A stretch of 64,000 bases of DNA from Nemertoderma westbladi. Lineage: Eukaryota; Animalia; Xenacoelomorpha. Numbering within the stretch: position 1 is the stretch's first letter; each line of letters opens with the position of its first letter. Where the stretch lies: assembly GCA_032718475.1 (NCBI GenBank), contig JAUCBJ010002722.1, forward strand, positions 1-64,000. Direction: 5' to 3'. The notes beneath the pieces were generated by a model that was given only the letters and a program-made list of their open reading frames with translations, was not told the DNA's origin and searched no databases. Below are positions 12,590-25,168 of the stretch, in pieces. The position numbers and the translations under genes are program-made.

Positions 12590-13698
12590 GTATACGAGTT
12601 GCACCAGGAGTATTTTTCGGCGCGGTGTGCAAATTTGGTGCCAGCACGAAATTTTGAAAATCCATTTAATAGTTAAACTGATTGTTACAACTTATTTCTC
12701 CCGTTTTAGAGGTTTATGGTGGTTCTGAATTCAATGAAATAAATAATTGTCTAACTAGACATCTCAAATTTGTATTTTTTGGAACTGGGTGGAAAATTTG
12801 TTGCTACACTGTAGCACCAAATTTTGAAAACCACCAAATATATCAATTGATTGTACCGCCTTGTTTCTTGCGTTATACGTGTTTGTAAAGGTTCTGAATT
12901 CAATGGAATATGTAAAAATTCCATAAGAGTTTTCAAACCTGTATATTTCGCCGGTGAGTGAAAATTGTTGTGCCAGCACCAGATTTTTGAAAATAAGCAA
13001 ATTGATAAATAGATACTATCATCTTGTTTCTTGCGTTATATGGGTATATGGGGGTCCTGAATCCGATAGAATCAATAAAAACAGCACTGGACATCGCAAA
13101 CTTGTACTTTTTGGTGATGGGTACGAAATTTGGTGCCAGCACCAAAATTTACCATATTACGCCGAAAAATACAATTAACACTGTTCTAGCAAATTAGAAA
13201 TTTATTCCATTAGAATCAGCGCCCAAGGATACCTAAAAATTTGAATTTATAGCATCGTATAAGTGAATTAAAAATTTTGTGTTAAAACTGAAAAGTGCTG
13301 GTTACTTGTTTGTTTTTCATTTTTTGCCTAAGTAGATGACTAAAAAACAGCCATTTATAGTAATCAGATCATTTTTGAACAGTTTCCAATGAATTTTGCG
13401 CCCCAGAAAACCTGTATTGAAAAACAATTAGCCGAAAATTATAACTTTAAAATTTTTTGAAAATTGTTCACTACTTGTAATTTTGGTGCACCAAAATAAC
13501 CACCCCAGGACTTTTTTACAAAATTTTTTTCGAAATTTTTTCGGTCGGATTCGTACTAGTGACATCTACGTACAAACAAAAAATCAGACGTTTTTGTTAA
13601 AATTTGTAGATTTTAGAGGGAGGGGTCAATATGACCCAACCACCCCCCCCCCCCCCCCCGCCGGTATTTGTACAACATTTTATAGCCCGGTACTAGGG
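12590..13698 (-). mobile_element. Truncated copy of the piggyBac-type non-autonomous element
   Basis: Reverse-complement homology to 31098-32045. It keeps one end (..cccggtactaggg) and the G-run/gtcaatatgac/C-run palindrome, and lies inside the Penelope relic. Confidence 0.8.
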
Positions 13699-14117
13699 TT
13701 ATTAGTATTTAGCGCTGTTTATTTCGTAGTGGTTTGTAGGGACATTTGAAGTTTTGGAGATCATAGGAAAATGCAGACTAGTTGATCACCTATACGTTAT
13801 TCCCGACCCCTGTTGCTTTCATACGATAGTCTAGAAATTAGGTGCGCATGTTTTAATTTAATAATTTATTGTAATGTAATTTGATTTTGTTATTTTGTAA
13901 GCTTAACCTATCTCGTATTTAGGGGCATTTCTTTAGCATTGTGTAATAAAAATTAATAAAATTCTATTAAAATTTTTTAGGAGATATACTGTAGTGGTCC
14001 GTTTAGCCTGTCATGAGACTGATGTTCCTTACTGCTTTACTTTGCATACCAGTACCGGTGTTACAGGCCTTTGTGTTTTGTAATTTTGCAGTTTTATCAG
14101 TTTGATTTACGTAGACA

Positions 14118-14156
14118 GGCCCTGACGATACCCCAATGGGGAGAAATATAAAGGCC
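14118..14156 (+). ncRNA. Minimal type I hammerhead ribozyme in the Penelope pLTR
   Basis: ggcc-CTGACGA(14122-28)-ta-cccc-aat-gggg-a-GAAA(14143-46)-tata-aa-ggcc gives stem I ggcc/ggcc, stem II cccc/gggg and a palindromic mini stem III, as is typical of PLE hammerheads. Confidence 0.65.
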
Positions 14157-14289
14157 GTTGTTTAAATTATCTTTTAATATTGTCTTCCGGGGCTATAAAA
14201 CTCCTGTTCCACCAACCCCTTGTAATGGATCATTGTGACGCCCTTAAGTCGGCTTGCCACTAGGCACTAGGTACCTTAAGCAATTTAAA

Positions 14290-14657
14290 CAAAAGGTGAA
14301 TATCTGGGATTCACATTGCAAGAACGCAGAAATAGTAGCTATCCGGCAACTACAGTCACAGACACCGACTTTGCGGATGACATCGCCCTGCTCTCTAATA
14401 CGCTAGCATGTAAGCGGATTCAATTCCCTGCACTACCCAACAATAATGGGATTAGTGGCATCTTACCAATTATAATTGGGAAGGTGACATTACCAGTAGC
14501 TATCCGGCAACTACAGTCACAGACACCGACTTTGCGAATGACATTGCCCTGCTCTCTAATACGCTAGCATGTAAGCGGATTCAATTCCCTGCATTACCCA
14601 CCGAAAATGGGCTTAGTGGCATCTTACCAATTATAATTGGGAAGGTGACATTACCAA
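14290..14657 (+). pseudogene. RTE-type RT fragment with a local ~161-bp tandem duplication
   Basis: TDTDFADDIALLSN motif. The block tagctatccggcaact...gaaggtgacattacca is repeated at ~14336 and ~14497. Confidence 0.7.
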
Positions 14658-14666
14658 TAAGTAATG

Positions 14667-15856
14667 TGTTTGCGCTTTTAGACCTTTAGCAGTTTAACCT
14701 GCCAATTTTAGTTGTCCTCTTGTTTATAAATCGACTTTAGCCTTTATCAAATTACCTAGTGTACTGAAGTTACATCAGCCGAAGTCAGTCAAGTGCGCGG
14801 CGTATGACCCACGGTGTGGGAGACTGGATTCGGATTCCTTGAAAGTTATTGCAGTGTAGACCTACTGTATTATTCGATTGATCGTTACTATATTAATCTC
14901 TGACAACTATACTTACTTTCGGGAAATATTAACAGTTCCTTTAGGACGTGGCGCTTTAAGTATAAAAACAGAGTTATGACTTATACTAATCACAACTAGA
15001 TGGCCACAGAGTTTCGTAAATAGCGCATTCTTTAGGAGATGCTTTATTAACCTTCACACTACTTCACACGACTTCACACTACTTTACACTAGTTCGCACT
15101 AATCTGCCGACCGTCACTGAATTTGATCATATATAAGAAGGATCGCAACTGACACACGTAGGGATTATGAAATAGCATTTAATTCACACAAAACCACTAT
15201 AATTTAAGTCGCAGTTGCTACCGGTAAACTCTATTCCTCTTACCTCAGTAATCAAGAAGATTGAGGGGTTTATGATTATTTATCGGTATTCTCCAAATAT
15301 AACAGCAATATCCATTAATATAACAACAATTAATAAAAGACCGTAAACAGAAGTAAAATAATGCGGTGAACAGTCAGTATGTGTTACTTATGCAGTTATG
15401 AAATGTGCAAATGAGAAATCAAGTAATAATCCAGTTAATAGATTTACGTTCTTATAATCAAGGCCATCTGATGTTCCTAGGCCAAAGTCTGAAACTTCCA
15501 CACAGAAGCACACAAAATTCTGAGTTAGTTCTGATGCTCAGAAAATAGTAAACAAAGACCGTAATGCATTGCGCGAGTTTCCATAGGTTTCTGTTAGACA
15601 TAAAGTGAAAATTGCTCTGATTGGCTGAATAAGACAGAACAAAGAACCTCCACGTCCACAAAGAATCAGCCGACAGATTTCGTCATCTTGGTTCTAATTC
15701 CTTCCCGTCGCGTAGTTGGATACATTTAGGGCTATTTTAGAGTATTCTGCGCATTGCATAAAAATGACTTGTTATGTCCGCGAAAGCTTTTACACCGCTC
15801 CCAGAAAATGGGATTTAAGTCTATAAAATATAAAAAATCACAGTTTCTAAAATACG
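14667..15856 (-). mobile_element. 3' LTR (14667-15794) plus PPT and ~60 bp of internal sequence from a third, diverged BEL family member
   Basis: Element-sense TGTAAAAGCTT...AAAGCGCAAACA termini. 15795-15856 is the reverse complement of copy B's pre-LTR sequence (28264-28325, ...ttttctgggagcgg). Confidence 0.85.
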
Positions 15857-15857
15857 C

Positions 15858-17518
15858 AATGAGCGAGAGGTGAGAGAGGCAAACAAACGCAAAGAGCGAG
15901 GGGCAAGGAAAGCTGAGAGGATCGCAAGGGAGGCAGAATTAGCTGATCAGAGTATTAGGGAGGATAGAGAGCGAGAGAGGGTGGGTAAACGTATGAGGGA
16001 TGATATGCATACCCGGTTGAGGGGGTTAATGCAATATCAGGCAAAGCAGAAACGCCGATTAGAACTGGAAAAAATGGGTTTATCAGAGAGTGAGGCTGGT
16101 TCGGGATGTATTTATGAGGAACCAGGGATGATGGAAACCTTTGTTAATACCCAACTTACAGGTACCGGACGACAGACCCAGAACTGGTGTGACCGGACGG
16201 GTGGGGGGGTAATGACAATACGTTTGATGAAAACATTAATATTAATAGTACCATAGTAGATAACCCTAATACTAACGAAACTTTTCTTGCAGGAAATAAT
16301 ATTTTGGTTAATAATAATATTAATACTGGTACGGCAAGTAATTTATATAATAATATAGTAAAAAATAACGGTGAAGAAAATAATCTAAATAATATTCTAA
16401 TTATTGGTGCACAAAATAACCAAAATAATTCAAATAATAATCCGGGTACGCTAAATAATAATATTACAAAATAATCCCAGTGAAATTAATCAAAATAATC
16501 TAAAGGATAACGTAATAAATCAACAGGGTGAGGCAAGTGGCGGTATAATTAATACAAACGTACGGGAAACAGGCAATTTGCCTAAAGAGGGCCTACAAGG
16601 CCACACAGTTGCGCAGGGAGGAACGCGGGTGAATAAACCCAGGGAGGATAGAACTAACGTGTCGACTGGAGGAGAACATGGGCATGGGGGCGAACTGAGA
16701 GGTGACAGGTGGGGGGGGGGGGGGGGGGCAGAAAACGTCCCACGATCATCGGCAGATAATGTGCGCAGTGAGTTAAGTAAACCGTGGCACCCGGCGATGG
16801 AGGATAAAATGAGGACTGTGAATATCCATGAGGCCGTCCAACTGGGCAGAGGGAGGGACGTTGGTGCCGTAAGCGGCCAAACGAGAAAACGTCGAGCCCA
16901 TTCGGAAGACTGAAGAAGGACAGTAGAGTTTATCCGGGAGGTCGATACGAGATCTCATGAAGGAGGTCATCATGCTGAAATCAGAAGAAGATAGGAGGGA
17001 CGAGGAAGTGTTGCTACAGGCAACCAGAGACATCGAGAGAGAACAGACCGTGAACTGCCGATAGTTTAACTAGAGGGAGAGAGAGAGCCTGTGGGGTCAT
17101 ACTCCGGGAGATTGCCGTTGCCCCGGAGAAACACAACCTGGCGAGATATACCACACACTGGGAGAGGGGTACAGAATGTACCGATACGAGGAGGAAGACA
17201 GAGGAGGGGATCGGAGGGTAACTTCCTGTCGGAACGTTGCTGCCGATCGAGAATATGGTAGTCGCGGGGAGGAGTTCTCGGAATATTCTAGAAGATTAAA
17301 CTTCGATCCAGAAGGATACAGGCAGACTGCAATACATACTGTAGGCCTTACTGCACATACTATAGGCCATGATGGAAGAGTTAGTGTAGGTGATAGGATA
17401 GCCCGAATGCCGGGATTGGACCCAGAGGTCGCAGCATACATACCAGTTAGTAGGCAGGAACCTGATAGTCCTATACCGGTATGCACACCAGTATGACTAT
17501 AACATGCAGGGATACAAT
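15858..17518 (+). pseudogene. 5' part of a different, degraded BEL/Pao gag gene (the target of copy B)
   Basis: Frameshifted charged and Asn-rich low-complexity ORF pieces that resume after copy B (shared ACAAT TSD). Confidence 0.55.
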
Positions 17519-18750
17519 TGTAAAAGCTTCTGTGGGATATAACTGGCCCTTTTGCTTTGCGGTCCGAGTTCCCCCCAGGCGCTGGAATACTCTAAAAAGG
17601 CTTTCTAACTATATATATATTCCCCTCGCCCGCAAGGTACCGTTATAGGTGTTTTAACGGACATAAAAGTCATTCTTCTAGATTTGTACTTTAGAGGACA
17701 TAATCTGCAATCTCGTGACGCAATCTCTTGAAAACAGTGTCGCTACCATGACGACGGCTAACAGCTGATATTGCCACGTCGACATTTCTTTGTTTCTTTG
17801 TTCTCTCGTGGTTCGGTTGACCAATCAGAGCGATTTTTTCTGTAGATGTGGAGCTTTGGGGGAGATCATGCTAGAGCGTTCAGTCTTACTGTTTTTTGTG
17901 ATACTGTTGTGTTGTTGGTATCTAGGCCAGGAACACCGGCTCTAGAGTTAACTTGTTTCATACTTTTAGAAGAAACATTAGTAGGCTTAAGATTATAAGA
18001 GCGTATAACTGTTATCAGTCCATATCAGTGCATATCTTGTCACATCTTGTCATATCATATCTTAACCTACCGTCTTAATGCTATTTACTGTTGTGTTTTG
18101 GTTGAATATTATTTGGAGAACATATATAAAGAACCCAAATTTCCCAATTTTCTTGATACACTACAGGTTAGAGAGACGGGTTATATAGCGATTGCGACTT
18201 ATATTGTTGTGGTTTGTAGTGAATTTAATGCTATTTGATAAGCACTACATTGGTCCGTTGCTGTTCCCTTTATATATGATAAAAATCATTGACAGTCGGC
18301 AAATTAGTGAGCAGGTGAGTTACCGGTAGTGTGCATGATTGTGACTGATAACTAAGCATTTCCTAAAGAATGCGCCTCATACGTGAATCATAAGCCTTAC
18401 TGACTTACCGTTGTGATTAGTGTAAGTCATATCTCTGTTTATTTAGATAGAGCGCCACGTCCTAAAGGAACTGTTAATATTTCCCGAAAGTGAATAATAT
18501 TAGTCAGAAATTATTTATTAACGATCAATCGAATAATACAGTAGGTTTCACTGCAATAATAATCTAAGCCCTCAGAATCCAGTCTCCCGGGAATATCCAG
18601 CGGGTGAATGGACGCGCACTAGGCTGGCTTCTGCTAATGTTGTGTTTATTGGTATTAAATATTTGTCATCTTCTAAAGTATATTTATAAACCAAAAGACA
18701 TATAAATTTTGGCAGGTTAAACTGCTAAAGGTCTTCCAAAAGCGCGTACA
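17519..18750 (+). repeat. 5' LTR of BEL copy B (1232 bp)
   Basis: Direct repeat of 28326-29563, differing by only about two substitutions and two small indels. Confidence 0.95.
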
Positions 18751-20940
18751 ATAACAGTTATTGACTTTATTGCAGTAAACAATAAAGTTGAAAGTACCGG
18801 TCAACCGGTAAACCTGAACCTGTACATCTGTAGGTCAGTAGGCCTAACTGCCAGAACCGGTACTTCTGTAGGTCTGTAGGCCCAACTGTCCTAACCGGTA
18901 CTTCCAGTATAAGTACATTAGTATTATTCGATTTTTGATTATTGTATATCGGTAAGTCTCGATATTAAATCGGGGACGCCTGGTTTTTATTGGGATTTTA
19001 CTTAGGTCTATTTCTGTCAGTTTTATTTCCTAGTAAGTTAATATTGAGCTGAAGACGTGTAAGTCTGCTCAGATTGTTCAGATAATTGTAGGCTGAGCTG
19101 CTGTCTGACTGTTGTTGGGTTTGGAGAGATTACGGCGTGTGTAGAGTTTGTCTGATAAAGTGCCGTTAGTAAGTTGGGGCAGCCATATGCTGTAAGGTCA
19201 ATCCCCTCTTAAAGAATAAGTCGTACTACCGTGTTAGAACGCATACTAACTAACTATTTCAGAATCTGCATATACTGTGGTTTATTTAGGCTTGATCGTG
19301 GTCTGCCAGCATTTTAGCCTGTGTTTGTTTGTGTGGTCTGTTCAGGTACCGTAATAGTTATTACTCAGATATTTTGTAGGCTGGATTGTTGTCTAGCTAT
19401 TATTAGGTCTGAAGAGATTACTGCGTGTGTAGAGTTTGTCCGATAGAGTGCCAGTTAGTAAGTTGGGGCAGCCATATACTGTAAGGTCAATCCCCTCTTA
19501 AAGAATAAGTCGTACTACCGTGTTAGAACGCATACTAACTAACCGTTTTGGAATCTGCACATACTGTAGTTTATTTAGGCTTGGTGGTAGTCTGCCAGCG
19601 TTTGGCTTGTATTTGTTTGAGTATTCTGTACGGGTAGCGTAATATTTATTATTCAGAGTTTATGCGATTATTCGCAACATTTATGTCCCCAAGTTTATTC
19701 CTACAGTAATTGTGCTTGTTATACATACCGTTATAGTTAAATTAACCCCGGTACTACACGGGCTGCTTGGGGTAGGAAAAGACTGGTGACTTTGTGCTTC
19801 GGTCACTCCAGCAGATGCCGTGGTTCTTTTAACTGTTCAAGTATATTTAACTACTGATTATTTGTTGTATCAGTACTTGTACCTAATTTAGGGTTTAGTG
19901 TACAGTGCTTTCCGAAAGTAATTAGTGTGTAGGCAGTATATTTGTGTTGTAAAGTGGTTGATAGGCACGTTCGTTAGCTCTATTAACTTCTAGGTAGGAA
20001 CACTCCGTGATACATAACGTAGTACCTATAGCGATACGGCTATAGGTCGTCAGGCGGTGGTATTTTCCTATCTGGACAGTGCAATATATTTACTACTACT
20101 TATTATTTTAAATACCGTAGTACCCTGTCAGTTGTAATAACCAGAATTCTAACCCTTTGTTAGGCTGGTTTGTAGTTTCCCTGTAAAATTACCCTAAAAA
20201 TTTCGTACCTAATATTTTTTGTTGTGTTTTAATTAGAGAATTAATCTCACCCATATCGTAAGTAATTTGTAGTATTAAGTAACTTAGGTAAATTAGAATT
20301 ATCTGTTTTAGTGTCCAATAAATCGCACTTCACTGAGAGCGCACAGCTTCTGTGTAGTGAACCCCCAGAAATAATAACATTTATTGCAAATATTGACAAA
20401 ACCCCTTTTTAAACGGGTATATATCTATTATAAATCAACTCAAACGATTTATAAATAGTAGGCCTGCATACAACAACTAAGTCTCAATATCAGTTGGACT
20501 ACTGCTTAAATAACGGTAATAAAGTAAGTTAAAGTAACCAAGTAACCCTAAAATATTCAGAAATTCAATTATTCTAAAATAATTGACATACCGGTATTTA
20601 CCATAGGCTTATTATATTTATTTCTATAAATTTGAGCTGAAATCATACCGGTACTCTGTACTTAATTCTAGTCCATAATTATACTTATATATACTATCAG
20701 TGTAAGCTGTATACCGGTATTCACGATAGGCCTGTTATATATTTATATATATTTGTGCTAAAATTATATACCGGTACTCTGTGACAAACCTAGTTTACAA
20801 TACTTATATATACTATAAGTGTATACCGGTATTCTAATATACTGCAATAAATTACTGGTACTAGGCCAACGGTCATACTGAATTACTAGACTTGCTTTAA
20901 CTGAAACTATAGCAGTAGACATTCAACTGTATAGCTTAAC

Positions 20941-23900
20941 ATGTCTGACACTCAGCAAAACCTGTCAGACAGTCTAATCGATACAACCATCTGTGACACA
21001 GATAGGAGTGTGGAGCGATTAAGAAAGGAGTTCAGTTCACCTCCTACTGCAAGAAAGGTCATCCCTCCAGTAGTATCAGACCCTAGGCTAATCCACCATA
21101 GGTCCATCATAGGCACTCGGGCCCAGGTCAAACGGAACCAAGAGGCAGCTGTCCTATCGCAGCAACATCTTGGTCAAGAACCTAGTTCCCAGCGACCCGA
21201 TAGCTCCAGTAGTTCGGATACTGTAGAGCTGACCCCCGAAAGCGGAGTGCAGATGGCGGCTACAGCCTACTCGGACCCCCTTCTCACCCTTCCTGCCGCA
21301 GTGCTAACTACTATATTCATTGCGGTGGAGGAACATCAAGCCAACTGGGCGAGAAATAAGCGAGCGACCCAAGATAATTATGCGGGATAGGCCAGGGAAG
21401 AATTGATGTCTATTGTCGAGTCACAATGGAACTTTCCCGGACCCGGACTCCCGTTAGATCTGTCCGTGGCTACTTGGGAAGATATACACAGGATGGGAGT
21501 GGCTAAAGATACGATGGATCCAGCTGTTTGGAAGAGGTCGGCAGCAGGATATGTGCAGGGATTCTTCGGCTCCTTAGAGCGATTAGAAGAACAACTGTTT
21601 CGACAACCCCAAGGACCTCAAGAGCAAGAAGAACTGCTATACCAAGTACGCGAAAGAACCCTACGCATTCGACTAATCCTATCAGCCTTTGAGGAAACTT
21701 CCAAAAGAAGACAGGACACGTCGGTGCAGGTTGCTGTCAAAACTTGGTTCCAGCGGGTAGGTCTCAAAGTACAAGAAACAGACCAGTGGAAATCCCAGTT
21801 GTCTGAGAGACTAACCTATGACGAACCAACCGATGTCACCCTTTCTCAAGTGGAAGGCGAAAAGACCGCAGAGAGACCACGAACGAGAGACACCATCGAC
21901 ATTTATCTGTCCGACTATCAGCGATTCCTAGGAGATGAAGAGTTGAGGAGACGGCTGTCTGGACTTTCCCCTAATAGTGAAGGAACCAAGCTTGTGTTGG
22001 ACTCAATCGATGCGGAAATGTTAGCTGCAAACCAAGCTGAATTTGATGAAAAACTCCGCCTCGCTAGAGTCCAGGAAGATCAAGTAAAGAAAAAACGTAT
22101 AGAGGACAAAAAGGCAGTAGCAGCGGCGAAAGCGGCAGCGTCAGTGGAAGAGGCAAAAGCGGCAGCGGCAATGGAAGCGGCAAAGGCAGTAGCAGCGGCG
22201 AAAGCGGCAGCATCAGTGGAAGAGGCAAAGGCAGTAGCAGCGGCAAAGGCAGCAGCGGCAGTGGAAGAGGCAGAAGCAAAAACGGCAGCGACGGTGGAAG
22301 CAGCCAAAGCAGCAGCAGCAATGGCATTGGCAGACGCAGAACAGAGAGCGTCTGAAGAGACCACACAACTGGAGTTGGAAAATCTTCAAGAGACGCAAGA
22401 CTGCATAAATAAACAGTTAACTGCTAGTCAAATGCAGATGAAGAGTCGATCTACTCCCAAACGCCAAGGATACACATCCTCGGAGGAAGGCGAGACCACC
22501 GATCCTGAAGGTGGAGGAAATAGATCTCGTCTAAGCAGGCGTAGAAAAACATCACACCGTCACAAATTGCCTGATTTGCCCCCAGCTGTTAGAAGACAAC
22601 TAGCTAGTACAGACTTAGGTAGTACAGAACCCACAGAACAAATTATTCCGGTCAAAAGACTCCCTACAATAGTTGATGAGCCTGAAATAATTAGGCCTGT
22701 CGTTCCCAAAGTCACTTCTGTGCTAGAGACCCCTGTACTTCCAGAGCTTAACTCTAAGTTCCCTTTACACAGTACTACACTGCCTGTACCCGGTAGAACA
22801 GTCCATGAAAATATCCCTGTCCTGGAAGCTGAGAGAGAAATCAAAGATTTGTCTCCTGTCGTCCCGCGTCAGCCCGCTACAATGTTGGCGACTCCCGCTT
22901 CGGCGGTCGAGTGGGTAGAGGAGGGACGGCGGGGGATGAATCTCCTGCTCGGACAGATGCAGGAGACTGTCCACCAACTTAAGGGAACAGTAAGGGAAGG
23001 TAGAGCAGAGTTGCAAGAAGTGCAGCAAAGTATCGCTCTAGAACGCGATAAATTAGTCAATATCCAAAAGGGCATACCAATACCCCCTGTAACATTGTGT
23101 CAACCTGTTAGGTCTGAAGTATTACATGCGCAAGGTGTGGAGCCTACACGCATCTATACTGCTAGTGAAGTAGAAACTCCTATAGCAAACCCTATTAAGG
23201 GTGATTATAAACCTGTTGTTAATGATATTCCCTATAGACCTGATAATAATCCGGGAAATTTATATACCGATAATTCGATATTAAATAACACGATGGCCCA
23301 AGAAAGCTTTACGCGTCAGATGGCTAGAACAGAAGCCCGCCAAGCGGTCAAAGTGGGAGAGATCGTCAAATTCAATGGAGATGAGATGAAATGGCTACCT
23401 TTCAATGAATATTACAAAGACAGCATACAGAACTCTGTGCTATCTAATGGAGAGAAACTTAGGTTCCTCATCAAGTGCTTGGAAGGACCTCCCAGGTTAA
23501 TGGCGTTAAAGTTTATTGGACATCCAGAAGGATTAAGACAAGTATGGGATACATTAAACATCAGGTATGGTAACAAGGATAACATAGCTAAGTATTTGTA
23601 TGCAAAATTAGTAGCCCCCCGACACTTCCTTAGTAGCGGGATTATAGAGTTTTCCGATGAAATTCAGGAAATCTGTAGACAATTGGACTGGTTAGGTAAG
23701 TCTCATGAATATCAGAGTTCCATGGTTATTGGAGCAGTAGTCTCTACTTTACCAAAGTGAGTTGAGTGTGTGTGCTGAATTCCTAAAGAAATCCCTGGTA
23801 GACAGACGTACAGTCTTGTGGAATAAGCGGTTATGCTATAATTGCCTCAGATCAGGACACCAACGGCGAACCTGTTACTCCGACGTAAAGTGTGCAAAGT

Positions 23901-25168
23901 GTGGCGCGAAACATCACATCTTGTTACACAGTGAGTTCGAACGAGACAAACTGAGTCAGGTAAGTGAGCCCGAACTACATGTCCAATTCAGTGATGTAAA
24001 CGACACTGATCAAGAATCTGAGATGGAAGGATTCTATACTGACGAATTCTCCGACGCCAACGAATCCTGTTATCTAATCAATACCGCAGTGTATCGAGCA
24101 CTTACTTATGAAAAGGACACCGACAATGAGTTCCCCCCAACTACTTTTGCCAGACAACCATCTTGGAAAGCTCCAACTTCCAATGTAGGAATCAGAGAAT
24201 TTCCTGTACTGCAGGTAAGAGTTCATGGTCCTAACAAAAGTTACATAGTGAACGCCCTCCTTGACTCCGGCAGCACAGGAACATTCATCGATCAAGAACT
24301 AGCCGAAGATATCTTTGCTGGACAACCCAAATTCCGGACTAAATTGAATATGTTAGGAATTATGCAGGTTTGGAAATCTACCCTAACGGCAGATTACTAT
24401 GTAGGTGTGTTGTCCACCCCCCAGGATAAATTAGGAGCACAAGGTATAAGGTCGGTAAAAATGGTGGCTATAAAGAACTTCGCTACTACCCAAGCAGACC
24501 TTTATAATTGGGACGAGGATGAGAGCATCCAACATCTTAAGATACCTCGATTCCAGACAGATTATCCTGGAGTGCAAATACTCATCGGCCAAAACGCGCA
24601 TGAGGCGCTCGAGACATTGGAGAAACGGCCTGCTCAACCGCAGCCACTACAAACCTATGCGGTAAGAACTAGAGTAGGTTGGTACTTCACTGGCCCTTCC
24701 CGTAGAACTCTCAAAGAGAGATTACCTCAACAACAGGTATACCAAGTAAAGGAATGGGAAGTGGAGAGCAGTGATGTGGACGATCCAACTGAGGGAACAC
24801 CATACTCCTCAGATAATGACGATATTAACTCCAATGTAGATCAATGGAGACATTGCCTTGGGACGATTAATCCAGCCGACATCGCTTCCAGAGGAGCAAC
24901 TCCTCAAGAACTGATAGATACTCCAGGCTGGTTAGGTGGATCCGACTCCTTAAGTAAAGAAGAAGAAGAATGGCCTCCTCATCTTACCACGGCGGAGATT
25001 AGACAGGCCAAGGGTGCGGAGAAAGTAACACAACAACTCAATCGCCCAGCTAGTCGTTTATGTTTACTGGAAAGAGAACGAAAACTGTCCGGAAACTATG
25101 GAAGGCAAGATACTCTTCCTACGACCACTTCCCTAATCCGACAAATATCTAGGGACTCCATAACATAA
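20941..25168 (+). pseudogene. Gag-protease gene of copy B, disrupted
   Basis: Homologous to 812-5005. It has an in-frame TAG at 21388-21390 and a ~470-bp deletion at ~23757 (LPK*) that causes a stop and frameshift. It carries ~190 extra N-terminal codons absent from copy A. Confidence 0.88.

Larger units (their letters stand above)
10308..14160 (+). mobile_element. Penelope-like element relic with GIY-YIG endonuclease remnant and inverted pseudo-LTRs
   Basis: Frameshifted PCGRPRCKTCP...YCTYCP..FI/GQTEQTIRDRLTKHR (11590-11810). 10308-10500 (-) and 13978-14156 (+) are homologous inverted copies, each with a hammerhead core. Confidence 0.75.

Noticed and set aside
7049-15794. LTRs at 7049-8232 and 14667-15794 as the two ends of one element
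   Set aside because: They are too diverged. The first has leader sequence on its left (5' LTR) and the second has the PPT on its right (3' LTR), so they belong to separate elements.
18570-18645. HDV-like ribozyme in the LTR (stem followed by CTAATG)
   Set aside because: I could not build P1, P1.1, P2 or P3 of the nested double pseudoknot.
18690-18730. Sm site plus stem-loop (aattttgg-gcag/ctgc) suggesting an SL RNA or snRNA in the LTR
   Set aside because: No leader exon or splice donor is identifiable; it is explained as part of the LTR terminal hairpin.
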